A stretch of 64,000 nt of DNA from Octopus sinensis (Eukaryota): positions 54,994,001 through 55,058,000 of the forward strand of contig NC_043013.1 in assembly GCF_006345805.1 (NCBI RefSeq), in the 5' to 3' direction. Below the pieces are notes generated by a model. That model had not been told where the DNA came from. It worked only from the letters and a program-made list of their open reading frames with translations, and searched no databases. The translations under genes and the position numbers were made by a program. The first letter of the stretch is position 1, and each line of letters opens with the position of its first letter. This document shows positions 11,777 to 24,745 of the stretch, piece by piece.

Positions 11777-14700
11777 GACTCAGTTATAGACTCAGAGACT
11801 CTCAGTCATCTAAATCCACTTTGCTATTGGATCCAGAAATTATGGCTGGAATTACAAGAAAAGACATGGAGAGCAAATATTGATATTAAGTATGAAATGG
11901 GGTTCTTAAGGCAAGTTAATACTATTTACAGCATCGTTCTGGTAATGTCCACAGCAATGCTCATACCAAACTGTCATGTATAAATCTCATGTGGTATAAT
12001 TAAAAAAAGAAAAACTTCATCTTGGAGTAAAATAGATTTGTCAGACTGCAGATGTCGGTCTGTTGCAATCCCTGCTGAGTAGCAAGTCATGTACTACAAC
12101 TAAAAGCTGTGTTGTCTATCCAGTGACTGTCATTCTCTCATCTGTCTCTCTCACTCTCTCAAATTGTAAATACTACTAAAAAAAGTGACTAAACTAATTG
12201 CCAAGAAACAGAAATAGAACATGATCAGGAGAAATACCATCACCAAGAAATACTGGAATCTATCCACAAATAATTTTACCAATTCAGGGAAGATACATTC
12301 CTGGTAATTAAATGAGCAGGAGGATAGTTTGCTTGGAAAATAACAACTACCACTATAACTATTATATATATATAAATGTATGCACACACACACACATACA
12401 CAAAACCCTGTGTGCGTGTGTAAAAGAAATTATAAAGAAAAAATTTGCAGATAAAAGTGAAAATGTGAATGCACTGTGTGTGCGTGTGTGTGTGTCTAGT
12501 TATTAATGTAGATCTTTCTTCTGCTCATAAGCATTGATGGTGGATTCCCTTTATCCAAACATTGATTATCTGCAGTGCATGTAATTTAGAATATTGTTTG
12601 AGTAATTACATACATATTTATAATTAACTATGCATTTACCAATAGAATAACTTCCACAATTGGCAATATCTTTGTGCTCATTCAACTAATTACTTCAACA
12701 TCAGTGAATTTAATTCAACAGTCACCTGCCATAAAGATCAATAGATAATTTTCTGAAGAGGATATGGAAACCAACCGCTATTACAGCCTATCTATATTCA
12801 TTGATATGAATATGAAAGGTGTTTTTAGTAGGTTTGTAAACTAATAAACAGTGTTCATGGTGTATGTTTTATATCTAGGTTGCTGCCTCAAATACAACTA
12901 ATCTGTCAATGCATCCATCTTGCATCAGTATTTTTCAAATAATTATTTCACAACTTGGTTGTTATTCTTAGTAGATGCTATTTAGTTCCTCTTGTATTGC
13001 TAAAACCCTTGAGAAATATTAATCTTATGTAGCAAAGATTATTATCAATAGACAAGCACAGATATTAGTAAAAATACAAAATAGTGCCATGTATCAACAA
13101 GAGAAAATGTTATGTCTTTTGTTTCAGAGTTAAAGTTCTTTTGTCTCTGGTTTTTTCGTCTGAAACAAAAAATTATTTCTTCAGGGTACATCTTGAAAAG
13201 CATGCTTAAAGATTTTATTAATCATTCTGGCATCATTAATGACCCAAAGCTCTTAAAGAATTAGAAAGCAGAGTGGACAATTCAAGTGCCTACAATGTCT
13301 GATTTAATTAGAATTGTTATTTTATATTGTTCATCAATAAATAGGTTAAACAGTTTAAACAGGAAAGGTGCAGGATCAATATTCCTAAAAAAATCCATTT
13401 CCATTTAAGGGACTATTTATTAACCACAGGTATTAACTAAATTACTCGCACAGCATGTAAGCAGACAAGTTGGAAATGTATAAACATATATGCACATTTA
13501 ATTTCACTATGCAAATAAGCACCATCGTTCAACAAGACTCTCTCTTGCGCTCATCCCCAGCTTTCTCTATAGGTAATTAATATTCATCAATAACAGATGT
13601 GATGATATACAGATAAGAAAACATGGAGACTGTTATTCCTTGCATTATTCCTAAGCAGTTATATATCACTTTGCCCCCCCCCTCTCTCTTTCTCTCTGTA
13701 GAACAGATGAAGAATAGAGTTGAGAATGATCAGGCTAAAACTGGTTTGAATTTTGGATCAGTTCATTCAGTAACGATTGATCTGTGGCTTAATCATAGAT
13801 ATGATTGGGGTCTACATCCACCATGGGGTAAAAAAAATGTTGTTTGTTAGATAACTGTCAATTAAAATGTGAAAGGGGAAGCAAAAAACTGAAAGATGTA
13901 ATCTTGGTCATCACTAAATCTTACAAAAACTAGGAATCAAAGAATACCCATTTCTATAGACATGCTGGAGAACTAAAAACAAACAAAATGTAAATATCAT
14001 CCTCCTCAGTTTTACATCTTATTCCCATGCTGGCATGGGTTGGACAGTTTGATGAAATTAATGGGTCCAAAGACTGTGTCATGCTACAATGTGTGCTTCA
14101 GCACAGTTTCTACAGCTGGATACCATTCCTAATGCCAACCACTCTGCTGTATATACAGAGAATATTTGTGTGTGTGTGCATGTATATTTTAATGGCAATA
14201 TGCATGTTTCTTAAATGCACTAAAATGGACATTTAATAGCCCAAGCTACATCCAGTGGAGGGATAAATAACTGAACTGTAACATGACAATAAGGACTCTT
14301 CAGTCTTCCCCATCTAAAAACAACATCCCTAGCGATAACAGCACAATAAAATACATCAAACACACTCTCTAAGATTAGTGAGAAGGATATCCAGCCATAC
14401 CACACCATATGAGATATAAGAATTTACTAGCTCCATTGTAGGCTGCCAGTCAAGAATGGAATTAACTGCAAATAAGGATTGTTATTAGAATAGAAAAAAA
14501 TTCTTTAGTCCTCCTCCTCACGTGGGACAAGCTGTCTGGTGCCCGTGGTATGATGAAACACACCCATTCTATACACTGACTTCTGCATCATGTTGCTACT
14601 GGCCTGTATCCTTTGTTGTGGCCGAGGATGAAGGCTGAACCGAATAAACAGGCATAGAATTTTGATGATGGTGAACAAATTTTATCTACTCATACACACA

Positions 14701-15280
14701 AGCAAACGTACAAGCACACATTCACCTATATGCACACAAACATACACTTACACATGCACAATCAAACACACTCACTCATACACACACATTGTTTCATTAC
14801 TTTTAGCGCAATAAATACATCATTATCATCATCATCACCATCACACTAGCCTTCATAACTAACTCATTCATCTTCTGCTCCACAGCCACTTATTAAGAAC
14901 CATTGTTGGTGCCACCACCATATTCGGTACAACCATCATCACTTTCCCTCTCTTCTTTATTTTCTCTTACATTAGAAGCGTAGAAGATATTGCCATCACC
15001 ATCCATACCATCACATAAACTTCTCGTTTCCCAACATTACCTTCCTCCTATTGTCGCCAGAGCACAAAACGAGCCATCTTCCCTTATTTACTAATTTATT
15101 CTCTGACTAACGATACATTAATGCCCCTGTTTTGGCAGTTTCATTGCTTTTGATAACTCCTCACATACATACATATATACATATGTATGCATGCATGAAA
15201 TATGTACATGTTTAATGTGTGAGTGTTGTGTGTATTTATAAATATACATATATGTATTGAATGTATGTGTATGTATGTGC

Positions 15281-15326
<46 letters not shown>

Positions 15327-16118
15327 ACATACAGAGACAATGTGCACAACCAGACAGAATGTTGTGCTGATGTATATACCCCAATGCCCCCAGAGGGTTT
15401 CTACCGTCAGTAAGGTAATTAAAGGAAAAGCTTGAAATTGTTTGTGGAGGAAAAGTAATTCTTTTTCTTCAAATTAGATCACCAAAAATAGTCCGGCAGT
15501 TACCACAGAGAATATGTATATATATTCCACCGTTATACAGTCTGTCATATCAATGCTTATATTGTAAAGATATTTATAGAAGCAAGTTTGAAATAGAAAA
15601 AAAAAATAGATATCATTGCATAGGACACACAATTGATTATCTTCACGAAAAAGCTTTCTTTTGGATTTATTTATTGGTTCTGGAGGATGTGGTTTATAAG
15701 TCTGGTTGTTTATTGTGAATGTTCCGTATGTTACGACAACAATATGGCTGTGGAAAATTGCTTGGGGCAGCATTCTGTATACTAAACACAAATACTGAAG
15801 GGTTTTAACTTGTAATGATGAAATCAATTCACAAGCTTTGATCAACTGACATTTTCAACCAATTAGTTGTTAAATACTCCCTCTAAAAACAATAAGCAAG
15901 GGAGATAAATCAAATAAGACAAGCTGATAAATGTTTTTGGACAATGCATACAATGCCAATTAGAGTGGATTTAATGCTCAAAGTTGGCTTTTGAAAGCAA
16001 TGTACAAAATTCATGCTTATTAAACTGTCTCAGCAATGCATAACCCACTCAGATGACATGAATGTATATGATAAATCAGTGCACACACACCCACATCAAT
16101 TAATACTTCCTTCCCGAA
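11777..16118 (+). CDS. Candidate partial spliced host gene, unknown product. Exons 11777-11889, 12879-12927, 13520-13572, 15335-15409, 15478-15515, 16053-16118.
   Basis: All introns are GT-AG and the phases chain 0-2/2-0/0-2/2-2/2-1/1-1 without stops: DSVIDSETLSHLNPLCYWIQKLWLELQEKTWRANIDIKLLPQIQLICQCIHLASHHRSTRLSLALIPSFLYRDNVHNQTECCADVYTPMPPEGFYRQSPKIVRQLPQRIYDMNVYDKSVHTHPHQLILPSR. The model was picked by eye and no homology was recognised. Confidence 0.4.
13997..14146 (-). mobile_element. RTE LINE 3'-tail fragment, diverged
   Basis: ccatgctggcatgggttggac...tttctacagctggataccattcctaatgccaacc matches the 3' end of 45551-47739. Confidence 0.8.
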
Positions 16119-16499
16119 GTAAGAACACTCACAGAGTTGACATCTTTTGGTACCCTCAAAGCTATTTCAAGAAAGAGCTTCTTTATTGCAGACAATATTT
16201 AAATAGAAATATTTTGGTATTATACTTGGTACCGATCTGCTGATTTACTGTAAGATATAACTAAAGTGAGTTCTAATAACTGACTCATTGTATTACTTTG
16301 GTCAAGCAGAAGTATCAAAGATGCATTGGAATGATGTTTATTTTGAATTTCAGCAAATGACAAAAAAAATTAAATGTTTCTCTCAAGAACTGATGGCCTT
16401 CGATCTAAAGTGGAAAAAGTTCCCTCCCACCTTTCTCCTTTCTCTTCTCTCTTTCTATATATATATGTGTGTGTGTGTGCATATGTATGTATATATACA

Positions 16500-16544
<45 letters not shown>

Positions 16545-16629
16545 GCATATATATATATATATACATATGCATATATATATATATATATATATAATATATA
16601 TACATATGCATATATATATATATACATAT

Positions 16630-17042
16630 ACTCTTTTACTCTTTTACTTGTTTCAGTCATTTGACTGTGGCTATGATGGAGCTCCACCTGTAGTCAAGTA
16701 AATAAACCCCAGAGCTTATTCCTTGGAAGACTAGTAATTATTCTATCGGTCTCTTTTGCAGAACCACTAAGTTACAGGGATGTAAACACACCAGCATTGG
16801 TTGTCAAGCGATGTTGAGGGGACACACAAACATATACACACACACACATATATATATATAAATATATATTCATATATACGACGGGTTTCTTTCAGTTTCC
16901 ATCTACCAAATCCACTCACAAAGCTTTGGTCAGCCCGAGGCTATAGTAGAAGATACTTGCCCAAGGTGTCACGCAGTGGGACTGGACACAGAACCATGTG
17001 GCTGGTAAGCAAGCTACTTACCACACAGCCACTCCTACGTCT
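16630..17042 (-). mobile_element. tRNA-derived SINE family A, full length
   Basis: Same architecture as 4431-4846, sharing subfamily variants (gggactggacac, gcgatgttg). Confidence 0.92.
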
Positions 17043-17104
17043 ATGTACATATATATATACATATATATATGCATATACAGATACACATATATATATACAT
17101 GTGT

Positions 17105-17312
17105 ACGTTAGCACGTCGGGCGAAATGCTTAGTGGTATTTCGTCTGCCATTACGTTGTGAGTTCAAATTCCACCGAGGTCAACTTTGCCTTTCATCCTTT
17201 CAGGGTCGATAAATTAAGTACCAGTTACGCACTGGGGTCGATGTAATCGATTTAATCCCTTTGTCTGTCCTTGTTTGTCCCCTCTATGTTTAGCCCCTTG
17301 TGGGAAATAAAG

Positions 17313-17316
<4 letters not shown>
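17105..17316 (+). mobile_element. tRNA-derived SINE family B (slightly 5'-truncated)
   Basis: B-box gagttcaaattcc, core ttgcctttcatcctttc.gggtcgataaattaagtaccag, tail gccccttgtggg.aataaagaaata. Confidence 0.9.
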
Positions 17317-17357
<41 letters not shown>

Positions 17358-17446
17358 CATATATATAAATGTTATACACTTGTTATGTGTGTGTGTGTGT
17401 GTAATATACATACCATATGCACATCAAACATATATCGTATATATAT

Positions 17447-17855
17447 TCTTTTATTTTACTTGTTTCTGTCATTATACTGTGGCCATGCTGGGGCACTGCC
17501 TTGAAGAATTTTAGTTTAACGAATCGGCCCCAGTACTTATTATTTTGTTCATTTGTTTATTTTGAAGTTTGGTATTTATTCTATGAGGATCTTTTGCCGA
17601 TTTGCTAAGTCATGGAGATGTAAACACACCAACACCAGTTTTCAAGCAGTGGTAGGGAACAAGCACAGACACAAAGACACGCCTACATATATAACTGGCT
17701 TCTTTCAGTTCCTGTCTAACAAATCCACCTATAAGGCATTGGTCAGCCCAAGTCTACTATAGAAGACACTAGCCCAAGGTGCCATATAGTGGGACTGAAC
17801 CTGGAACCATGTGGTGGAGGAGTAAACCTCTTACCCCACAGCCATACCTGCACCT
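17447..17855 (-). mobile_element. SINE family A, older copy
   Basis: Diverged match to family A head, middle and tail. Confidence 0.85.
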
Positions 17856-19023
17856 AGGTGGAAATAATATATACATTTTATATACACTAAGTATCTGTTA
17901 TAAAACTACATATAATAAATATTATATATTACATATATACTTTATATACAATACACACACACACACACACCATGATACTTTTCTAGTTTATTAGTGAGAA
18001 GGTAAACTGAGTTAATCTCTCTTGGTTACTTTTCTTCTCTTACTACTACTACTACTACTCATGCTGTTACTGAGGCTAATACTACTATCCATGTAAAATG
18101 TCTGTATTCCCTGCAATAATCCCCTAATGGAAAATATGCTGCCAGCTGTATTTGAAATAATGACAATCATAAATTCCTTTATTCCATTTTTTGTTGTTTG
18201 AGAGCCAAAGATAAGTAATTGAAAGAAATAGAGACTCATGTCAAAAACATCTGGTCTTAGTTCTAGCAGTAAAAACAAAAACAAAAAAATAACAAAAAAA
18301 ACCAACAAAAACACAAACTCTACTGAGAGGTCAGTTGTTCTCTGTTTCGTCACTTATTTTTTTTTGGCTTATTTCCTTTTGCATTATTTTCAATTTCCCT
18401 ACAAGACTAATATTGTTATATAACATAATTCAAATAAATTTAAATATCTAAAATATATATTTTATTGCATTCTGTCTTACTACATAATGCCGTTATGTTG
18501 CTATGGGAAATTATATGAAGTTTTTTGTAAGTTTCTAAAACTGGATTTCATGAGTATATTATCAAGTAGATCAATAGTGTCATTAATCCGTTATGCAAAT
18601 GGAAAGAATAAAGCAAACCAAAATAATAAGTCTTTCAAAACTCAATATCACATTTTCATTGTCTTGCAGTCTTCAACAATTTCCAATATTAAATATTTTA
18701 ATCATACCACTCCTCTCCTTCTTCAAGTAATATTTTTTTTATTCTTTAATCCCTCCATTTAAGCTGTGATGCTCCTTTCACTAACAAAAATAGCTGATCT
18801 ATAGGAATTCGTTTTTTTGTTCTTCATTCAAAACAGTGTACCAATCTCTTCAAAGGCACCACTCTACCTGTGTTCTTTTATGCAAATCAGACATAAAATT
18901 CTATGAAGATGGAACAACAGTAATGCAAAGATCCATGGAAATAATCACGCAAGGGAATATCATTATGAAACCCGTCCAAAACAAGGAATTTGAGAATGGA
19001 ATGGGATGTAAAAAACACCTTTT

Positions 19024-19253
19024 GAGCATGGTTGATGCCAGTACCACATAACTGGCCCCCGTGTCAGTGGCACGTAAAAAGCAGCCACTACACTCTCAGA
19101 TCGTCAGCATTAGGAAGGGCATCCAGCTGTAGAAACACTGCCAGATCAGGTTGGAGCCTGGTGCAGCCTCCTGGTTTGCCAGTTCTCAGTCAAACCGTCC
19201 AATCCATGTCAGCATGGAAAGCAGACATTAAACGAAGATCATGATGATGATGA
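19024..19253 (+). mobile_element. RTE LINE 3'-tail fragment
   Basis: gtggcacgtaaaaagc...ttaggaagggcatccagctgtagaaac...cattaaacg followed by (GAT)n. Confidence 0.88.
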
Positions 19254-21679
19254 CACATAACTGATTGTTTTGACCCAGGACTTCATTTAGGCTTATTTTA
19301 TTGAAACTAGAAAAGATGAAAAACAAAATTGACTCCAGCGAGTGTCTAACAAGGCTTTCACTAAATACCACAAGGCATTTTGTCTGGTAATTCCTCAGTC
19401 CCACTGGCCACCACATTAAACCTTTTCTTTAATTTTTAACATTATCTTATCTCTGTGATGCAGACCATACCGTTTTGCATTTCTTAGCAACCTTTCACAC
19501 TCAGGAGACGACAACATATGATATACACTACTTCTTCTAGTTTTATGAAGAAATAAAAAGATCTAAGCAGCAACCACAAGCTGAGCAACAGCTGACTCGA
19601 TTTTAAGACACATCGCAAATGTAATGGGAATGGGCATCAATTCTTCGTAATGTTGTCAAGACTTTTAGTTTCTAGTATGGAATCCTTAAAAGATACACTT
19701 TCATCTCTTATTTGACATCATGGATTAATTTGGTTTATCAATTCTTGTCCCAAATATTATGTCATAGCATTACAAAGAACTTAAATAAAGAAGATAGAAT
19801 AAAAGCAGCATGTGTGCATGTGCTTGCATTTGTGCATTTGTTTGTGTGTGCATTCATAATTATGCATTTGTGTGTGTATGTATAGCCACACCAAAGGACT
19901 CAGTCACAAATTCTCTCCATGTGAAGCCTCTAATAATACTCAGTAGAATTTCCAATATAAAAAAATACGAAAAACTCTCAATTTCCTACTAAAAGACTTT
20001 TGGATTGAGCAAGAGAGATTATTTTCGTCTCCCTTCACAGTTTCATTACCCACCAAGGAATTTTTTTCAAAAGCATGTTAACAGAATTTTGAACTAGCTG
20101 TTTCTTTTTTCTGTACTGTTACTACAATTCTCATTGCTGATATTCTCAAAGAAATATACTGCTTCTCTTTCTTTTCCAAGAATTACAATATTACAAGTAT
20201 GGCTATTCATAAAGAAATAATCTGTTTTTTTTTGTTTTTTTTCTCAAGAGAGTTTTCTTTTATGTTAGTTACCAATTTTAAAAGAGATTCCATTCAGGGT
20301 ATTCACTTAATCTTATACCCAACCCCAATTCTTATATTAAATCTTATTTTATTAAAAATGTTCATTGAAATTCAGTTTTTTCTGTTGTCTTCTTTGTCTT
20401 TTTAACTCTTATTTTTATTTTGTTCCTGGAATCCTGTAGTGTGCATATAAAAGATTAAATATTCACAAGTCACTGTGTGGAATGAAAGCTTTTAGCTATA
20501 ATGCATCTTATGGTTCATCTGGTACAAATGTTTTCGAAGATAGGAATATCTTTACTAAAATCAAATCGGTCTTAGCATTTTCTTTCAAAAATAAACAAAA
20601 TATTATTTCTTATAAGCGATCACTTCTAAAAGCCAAAATTCAAAGTACGTATTTCTAAATATGTGTGTGTTTGTATATATATATATCAAAGAGTAAATTA
20701 CTTTTAAACCTTTTGAATATCAAATGAATTGATACAATAAACTACAATTACTTCAAATGTAATTGCAACTACAATACTTTAGATACTGTAGATTTATCTA
20801 GGTCATAGATATTTACTTTTAAGACATCAGACTATGAATTGATAATTTTGAATGTAGGAAGATTTTGAATAGAATTCATTAATTACTATTATGATCAACT
20901 TTTTAATTTTCTTTAATTATTATTCCAAGTTCAGCTTTTGATGATGCAACACAGCAATCTTAAATACCAATTTTTGTGCAGAAGAGAAAAACCTGAGATG
21001 ATCAGGTTTTAATATTCTACAACCATTTGATTAGAGAAAACTCTGAAAGGAAAAATAAAAAAGAAAAGAATCCGTGCTGTGCACTGACAATGGAAGATGC
21101 TTCTGCTTGAAGAAGATGTTGGGAAGGAGTGATGGGGTCAGAGCTGAAAACGTTGTGTCTCATCAATGAAGTTATGATGAAGACTCAAGTGAATTTGTGA
21201 TTTTCTGTATTGCTGACTCATGCAACCCATGACAAATTAGAAAACAGATGTAAAAAACGACTGTAATAATGAGATACTACTTGAGATAACAAGAGGAGAA
21301 AATGTATTCGGCACTAAGGTTTGCTGTTTATTTTAAAATTAATTGATAAGGGCTGCTATCAAATTTGATGATGTTTTTCTCAATGACAAACAAGTTTACA
21401 TGTGATACAGGAAGAAATGAGAGATTACTAATTGTAGAGGCAATTATTAAACTCATTATCAGCTAAATTCATTGCCATTGAATATAAACTCTCCATTTCA
21501 CATCCATAAATGCGTATTCTAAACATAACAAAAGTTATGGGGACCATTAATCAATGTGACAATGCATAGCACACATTGTCACCATACTACACATCCACAG
21601 GAGCATGTATGAACACATATACATACATACACTACGTACACATGTATGAATACATGCATACACGCATTACATCCATACC

Positions 21680-21912
21680 TATTTCTTTATTACCCACAAG
21701 GGGCTATATACAGAGTGGACAAACAAGGACAGACAAATGGATTAAGTCGATTATATCAACCCCAGTGTGTAACTGGTACCTATTTAATCGACCCTGAAAG
21801 GATGAAAGGCAAAGTCGACCTCGGCAGAATTTAAACTCAGCTCATAGGTGCAGACAAAATACTGTTAAGCATTTCGCCCGGTGTGCTAACGTTTCTGCCA
21901 GCTCAGCGCCTT
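21680..21912 (-). mobile_element. SINE family B, full length
   Basis: Reverse complement of ggcg..gagctggcagaaacgttagcac...ggtaataaagaaata. Confidence 0.9.
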
Positions 21913-22103
21913 AATGCATGCATACCTGCATGCATACTTTCACACAAACATGGAATTCCTTTTTTGTAGATCAAGTTTCCTGCCCCAACATTCACCAGAT
22001 GATTGATCCCTCAAGCCACAAGAAAAAAAATTCAGAATTGCTCAAAAACTTACAGCAAACTTTTATTTATTTGTTGTATACAACTGCTTCTATTTATTCA
22101 ATT

Positions 22104-23150
22104 ATGAATCAAAAACTTAAGGGCAGTGATGCAAATGAATTATCATCCAAGTGATTCTGATGATTAAAATTTGTGAAAAAAAACTGGAAATTATTAAATG
22201 ATGTGAATACGGTGAATTGTTCACAAAAATTTCAAGCAGTAGCAGAATATATGAATCATTTGAAAGGACCATGTTGAAAAAGAAAGATGAATAGAAATAG
22301 CAAGATATGGCCATGGGAGCATAAATGTGAAAAGCAACCAACAAACATAAAAAGCCCTTTAATTTCTAACAAGGAATGTCTTTTATTATTGTGGATTAAA
22401 GACTGAAATTACAAAGGAACTGCATTCAGGCAATCCTTCAAGCTATCACAATCTTTATAAGCTAACAGAAAACAAAGAATGAGAAACGAATGAGGAATTG
22501 AAAACAAGTCAAGGATATTATTTTAAAGAATGTTCAGAAGTACATTAAGAACAAAGTATAGAAAAAAAAGATTTCTGGTGAAATTGCAAATGGAGGCAAA
22601 ACCCCTGCTGAGAAATTTCCTGATGAATCAAAAAAGATTATTGAAGAAGATGGATGCAAAGAATAACAGATTTTTAATGCTGATAGAAATGGATTGGTCT
22701 GGAAATAAATGCTTATACAAACATTTTGGCAGAAAAAGAGAAAACTCAAGAAAGGTACAAATATGTAAAAGATTATTTGACACGGAAAATGTATATGATC
22801 AGAGATGCTATTATAAACATAGGTGTTTCGTGGCCTTAAGATGATGCTAGCAGCTACACATGCTGGGAATCAGCAATATGTTTTACTGCATTTTGTAACT
22901 AACTTTTCTGGTTTTGAATCAATGATCAGAAACAACTGCAGAAGGTATCATTCAAAATGGTAGAAGACCAGGGTTTGAAACGTTCAACACCATTGACATC
23001 CATAAGGGAAGTGATTCTCATTCAAGGAATACTGATGATGAAACACTTGAAAATGGAGGTTAAACTTGCCTATGGAGGCGAAGAAGAAAATTTAAATGTA
23101 AATCTTAAAGAATTTATAATACATCGAATGGAAGGTCTTAGCAAAAAAAA
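22104..23150 (+). mobile_element. Decayed Tigger/pogo (CENP-B-like DDE) transposase
   Basis: LEIIK*CEYGE...RTMLKKKD (psq-type HTH), KTSQGY (FKASRGW-like) and ISGEIAN..TPAEKFPDESKKIIEEDG..*QIFNADRNGLVWK (QIFNADETGLFWK-like). Many stops. Confidence 0.8.
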
Positions 23151-23174
23151 ACTATTCCCCCAAATCCAAACATA

Positions 23175-23611
23175 GAAAGAAGCAAGAGTGGCTGTGTGGT
23201 AAGTAGCTTGCTAACCAACCACATGATTCTGGGTTCTGTCCCACTGCATGGTATCTTGGGCAAGTGTCTTCTGCTATAGCCTCAGGCCGACCAATGCCTT
23301 GTGAGTGGATTTGGTAGACGGAAACTGAAAGAAGCCTGTCGTATATATATGTATATATATATATGTATATATATATATGTATGTGTGTGTGTTTGTGTGT
23401 CTGTGTTTGTCCCCGTAGCATTGCTTGACAACCGAAGCTGGTGTGTTTACGTCCCCGTCACTTAGCGGTTCAACAAAAGAGACCGATAGAATAAGTACTG
23501 GGCTTATAAAGAATAAGTCCCGGGGTCGATTTGCTCGACTAAAAAGGCGGTGCTTCAGCATGGCCGCAGTCAAATGACTGAAACAAATAAAAGAGTAAAA
23601 GAGAGTAAAGA
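23175..23611 (+). mobile_element. SINE family A, full length
   Basis: A-box, B-box-like gggttctgtcc, central microsatellite and (AGTAAAAG)n-type tail. Confidence 0.93.
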
Positions 23612-24517
23612 GTTCAACTAATCTTGTAAAATTTATTTTGATGTTACAATGACATGTATGAAGAGATATAAGATACATTAGCCCAGACTATGTTATCCAA
23701 ATATTTCTCTAAAAAATAAATCTTACATCTAATTGTATGTTTAGACAAATAGAAAATAACCAAAAGAAATTCATTCTTTCCTTTGTTTTTGTTTCTGACA
23801 TTTGTAATGAGTCAGGGAGGGATTTAGAATACATAAGATGCGTCTCACAATGGGGTTTCCAACAATACATCGAGGATATGGAACACATTAACAGTGCCAC
23901 TACTATTGAGGCAGTACGAGATTACACACACACACTCTCATCTTGTCAGTGGCTTCAACTAGTTGGCTGTGTTCATACTGGAGCACAGCCATATACTGTT
24001 AGAGGATAACATCTGGAATTAAAAAAATGACAAGTGTTGAACCTCAGGAAAAGTCCCTACATTATAAATTCATTGAAGAAATAACTGAATTACATTGAAT
24101 TGATTTATTGTGAGAAATATAAAAAAGCTGCAATGTTTCAAGCACTTGTCTTTCTTTGAAAACAAATACAGCAGTTGATGCCATAATTGTGGAGAGGTTC
24201 ACTGCCATAGCTTCTACATTCTTTCTCTCTTCAAAAATGAAAATAATCGAAAACATTAGTTGTTTTTTTATTCCTCACAGCAAATCAACTCACTGGAATT
24301 ATTTTTCTTCTATAAACATTATATATATATATGCATGAAATATAATAAATATACAACTCATATGCATATGATATTATAAATATACATATCGTATACATAT
24401 AATATACATGTAAAATTATAAATATGCATGTTGTATACCTGGGATTTACATATAATATTGTAAATATATGTATAATAGTGTAAGAATACATTTAATATTA
24501 TAAAGTGAAATTTCTTT

Positions 24518-24745
24518 TTAACCTTTTGACATTTAAGCAAACAATGTCAGGGCAAAATATTCTGCTTGTTTGATGTTCAAATTGGTCAGATTTGACTTCT
24601 TACACCTACCCTACAATGTCATACTAATAATGTACACTTTCATCATCGAAACCTTAAAGCTACAAGATAAATCATGATTAATTCAAAACAATGTGAAAGA
24701 ATAAGGATTAAATTCGACAGAGTAATCTGAATCCTAAAGGGTTAA
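24518..24745 (+). mobile_element. piggyBac-type MITE (TTAA-CC...GGG-TTAA)
   Basis: ttaacctttt... at the left end and ...ctaaagggttaa at the right end. The interior is homologous to an inverted copy at 42066-42289. Confidence 0.7.

Noticed and set aside
12151-12393. 80-aa minus ORF resembling a membrane segment
   Set aside because: The hydrophobicity follows from T-rich composition, and there are no convincing splice or start signals.
15474-15845. 123-aa minus ORF
   Set aside because: No known motif. It is antisense to the better-supported plus-strand splice signals.
18012-18353. 113-aa minus-strand ORF with a hydrophobic start
   Set aside because: The start derives from a T-rich low-complexity tract and the end from (AGT)n. 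No recognisable family and no partner exons were found.
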